Source of the DNA: an uncultured Verrucomicrobiae bacterium
GTDB lineage: Bacteria; Verrucomicrobiota; Verrucomicrobiia; Chthoniobacterales; Terrimicrobiaceae
Direction: 5' to 3'
DNA length: 64,000 nucleotides
NCBI GenBank assembly: GCA_963706955.1
Contig: CAVPOC010000010.1
Coordinates: 192,001 to 256,000 of the forward strand
The notes below the pieces were generated by a model, which was not told the DNA's origin, did not search any database, and saw nothing but the letters and a program-made list of their open reading frames with translations. Below, in pieces: positions 61,782 through 64,000 of this stretch. The translations under genes and the position numbers were made by a program. The number at the start of each line of letters is the position of its first letter. The first letter of the stretch is position 1.

Positions 61782-62698
61782 AACGTTAGCGACATTCCAT
61801 CCTCAGCGACGAGAATTCCTAGCTTTTCGATCGCTTGGCGTTCCGGCGAATTCGGTAACAAAATCGGATTGGTATTATTGATGTGGATGTAGGCGCAGAC
61901 TGACCTCTGCAAGGGAGCGACTTTCATCAAGCTTCCCGTCTCGCCCGAAATAGGAAGATGGCCCATTTCCGTGGCCAAAGACTGCGAGATTTTAAGATCC
62001 TGCATTTCACTCGCGGACCAGAATGTTCCATCTAAGAATAGCACATCGCAACGACTGAAGACGGCAAGCAAATCGTCATCCAGATGACTGATATCTGGAA
62101 AGAAGCCGGCCATTCGCTTAGTGGCTGGTTCAGTAACTACGTAACCCACCACGTCGCTCTCCGACTGCTCGGTATAGCGCGGCGGTTTCCGATATTTCAG
62201 GGCCACACATCGAATCTGCAAGCCGCCAACGATCTCGCATTCATCTGCTCCTATGTCCGTCCATTCGATACCGCAAAAGGAGTTCAAGACAGGTCCAATG
62301 GGAAACTCTTCACATAAGATCCGCCTGACCGAGGCGGGAGCCATTACTTCCAGCGGCTTATCATTCTCTCTCATCAGCAAAAGGCCAATCACGTGGTCGA
62401 GATCGGCACTAGTCAGCAGCACGTTCGAGACCGGCGATGAGCGAGTTGCGGCGGATGGATCGGATAAATAGCGATCAATCTGGATCGGGATATCCGGCGA
62501 CGCATTGAGCAACACCCAAGAATCGCCTTCCCTGGAAACGGCAATGCCACTCTGCAATCGAGCGGGCGTCTCGCCCCGTCGGGCCGCCTGACAGCACCGA
62601 CACCGGCAATTCCATTGCGGGAATCCCCCTCCGGCGGCGGTTCCGAGAACTCGGATCTCGATAAGCTTACCGGCTACCTGCGTATAAGCAGACCTCAA
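61778..62698 (-). CDS. pqqB: PQQ biosynthesis protein B; start codon uncertain
   Basis: VLGTAAGGGFPQWNC.C..C, LNASPD, LTSADLDH..GLL..RE, DGTFW, MGHLP, IHINNTNP. Confidence 0.95.
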   Translation of the reverse strand: MRSAYTQVAGKLIEIRVLGTAAGGGFPQWNCRCRCCQAARRGETPARLQSGIAVSREGDSWVLLNASPDIPIQIDRYLSDPSAATRSSPVSNVLLTSADLDHVIGLLLMRENDKPLEVMAPASVRRILCEEFPIGPVLNSFCGIEWTDIGADECEIVGGLQIRCVALKYRKPPRYTEQSESDVVGYVVTEPATKRMAGFFPDISHLDDDLLAVFSRCDVLFLDGTFWSASEMQDLKISQSLATEMGHLPISGETGSLMKVAPLQRSVCAYIHINNTNPILLPNSPERQAIEKLGILVAEDGMSLTL

Positions 62699-62765
62699 AA
62701 AAGATCGGCAGATCCTTAAACGAGGGCTTCACCCAGATTGGCTTCTTAACCTTACGCGTGTTCAT
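62667..62765 (-). CDS. pqqA: PQQ precursor peptide (32 aa)
   Basis: Manual translation MNTRKVKKPIWVKPSFKDLPIFFEVCLYAGSR*; W.KP.F leader plus ExxxY core, directly upstream of pqqB. Confidence 0.9.
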   Translation of the reverse strand: MNTRKVKKPIWVKPSFKDLPIFFEVCLYAGSR

Positions 62766-63117
62766 AGCTCGGGCGCGTTCCATCTCATTGAAAAAACTAT
62801 TCAGGAACAAACACCGCCCGCCTACCTCCGTCCAATTTTTTTTGAGCTATTTCGTAGCATTTGGCCACCTCCTCGAGAGGTTGATGTGCTTCGCACTTAT
62901 TGCCCTTTCCCCGTGGCTATTTCGGATTCACAGATCGGGTCCACTTGCCACCTCTGATTGCGGCTTCTCGAATATCGGCCGGACACATGATGCGCACCGC
63001 TCCGGCTTGCAGCGACACAGTCGCGCCTCGCCCTGCCGGTAGACGTTATCTCATCGGGGCCGCCGGAAAGGTTTTATCTCATCTCGAAATTACGCGATCT
63101 CTCGCGGCCGTTCGGCC

Positions 63118-63606
63118 TCAAACTTCCCGTGCGGTTTCCAGATACATCGAAGTGATCAGGGGGATCGCTTCAATCAGCCGATCAGCCATGTCCTGCTCGT
63201 CACTGAGGATACTTTCCAGGACGGGAACGATTTCATTGAGGCCAAGATCTTCTGCGGCGGTAATCAGGGATGTGTAGCAGGCTATCTCGAAATTCTCCGC
63301 CGTAAATTCCGCAAGCGCGTTTTTCACAAGAGTGTCGTCAGCGAGCGATGTGGGAAGCCCGGAAACCAAGCCACTGAATCGCGCCATAGCTGTCTTCAGA
63401 GCTGGCCTATCCTCGCCAAGTTGCTCGAGCAGAGTGGCGATTTTATCTGAATGCTCTTCCGTAACTTTGCGATGCTCTTCGATAGGATTGCGAACTTCGG
63501 GATGCTCTTTAGCGTCTTCGGCATGCTTCTTGAGGGTATCTTCCAGGGCTCGCTCCATTGCGTAAGCGTCGCGAAGCCAGGCTATAAATTGATCTTTTGA
63601 TTCCAT
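63118..63606 (-). CDS. DUF892/YciE-like ferritin-fold protein
   Basis: WLRDAYAME, I.EH...T..H, D..VKN......E.FEIA.Y.SL..AAE, IL.DE..MA. Confidence 0.9.
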   Translation of the reverse strand: MESKDQFIAWLRDAYAMERALEDTLKKHAEDAKEHPEVRNPIEEHRKVTEEHSDKIATLLEQLGEDRPALKTAMARFSGLVSGLPTSLADDTLVKNALAEFTAENFEIACYTSLITAAEDLGLNEIVPVLESILSDEQDMADRLIEAIPLITSMYLETAREV

Positions 63607-64000
63607 GTCTAGCTTAGATTCGTTGCGAGCAGCAAAGCCAGCGGTCGGGCCGCTTACTTACTCCGCACTCAGGGCGAAAGGCTCGGCGCAGAAACCAAAC
63701 GAAACGATAGAATATTAGCAATCGTATCGCGTCTACGCTCACCGATGGGACAATCAGGAGCTCTCCCGATTGGAAGAAAGAAGCGTCCGGTGTTAACTAC
63801 CTCTTGTTCACGCAAAGTAGGCGAAATCCTACGCCTGCGGCCAGGACGGGCTGGCAAGTCTACTCGCCGGATCGACAGGGCAGCCCGCCTCTTTTTGGCA
63901 GGCACACCCATTCGTTCTCGTGCCCTGGCAAGGTTTTCAAACGGAAATCCGACTGCGCAATTTGCCGGGCGCCTCGCGGGCTCGTCATCTTACCAGTTCG

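Overview
A gene-dense, moderately GC-rich bacterial chromosomal window. The gene content suggests a soil Verrucomicrobiota/Chthoniobacterales-like organism, but that is inference only. I found no rRNA, tRNA, CRISPR array, integrase or transposase. Main blocks: (1) 0.2-22 kb, a general-stress/desiccation-type cluster (DUF6766, DUF4142, YihY, DUF3618/holin-like/LEA-like trio, transglutaminase, YhfW-like FAD-Rieske protein, SDR, Zn-dependent dehydrogenase) around a 2103-aa poly-HAMP hybrid histidine kinase and a second hybrid kinase; (2) 22-39 kb, mixed genes including pyk, gpmI, MFS transporters, an APH-like pseudokinase next to an extended EamA protein, and a frameshift-masked S8 protease plus alpha/beta-hydrolase pair; (3) biuret hydrolase with a sigma54-type promoter, AKR, VOC, GH63 and an ethylene-receptor-like sensor kinase lacking its phospho-acceptor His; (4) a sugar ABC/GH4/MFS/GH3 locus; (5) an orphan NusG paralog and a pqqABCDE operon whose pqqA is missing from the ORF track. 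Non-coding structure includes a family of GTAG-type REP doublets with compensatory stem changes and several operator-like palindromes. At least nine single-base frameshifts, mostly explainable as one extra base, look like long-read errors rather than real decay. Best candidates for undescribed systems: the His-less ethylene-binding-domain kinase, the cytoplasmic S8 protease/hydrolase pair, the APH-pseudokinase/EamA-fusion pair, and a stand-alone His-less DHp mini-protein. All family calls are by motif recognition; no searches were run.
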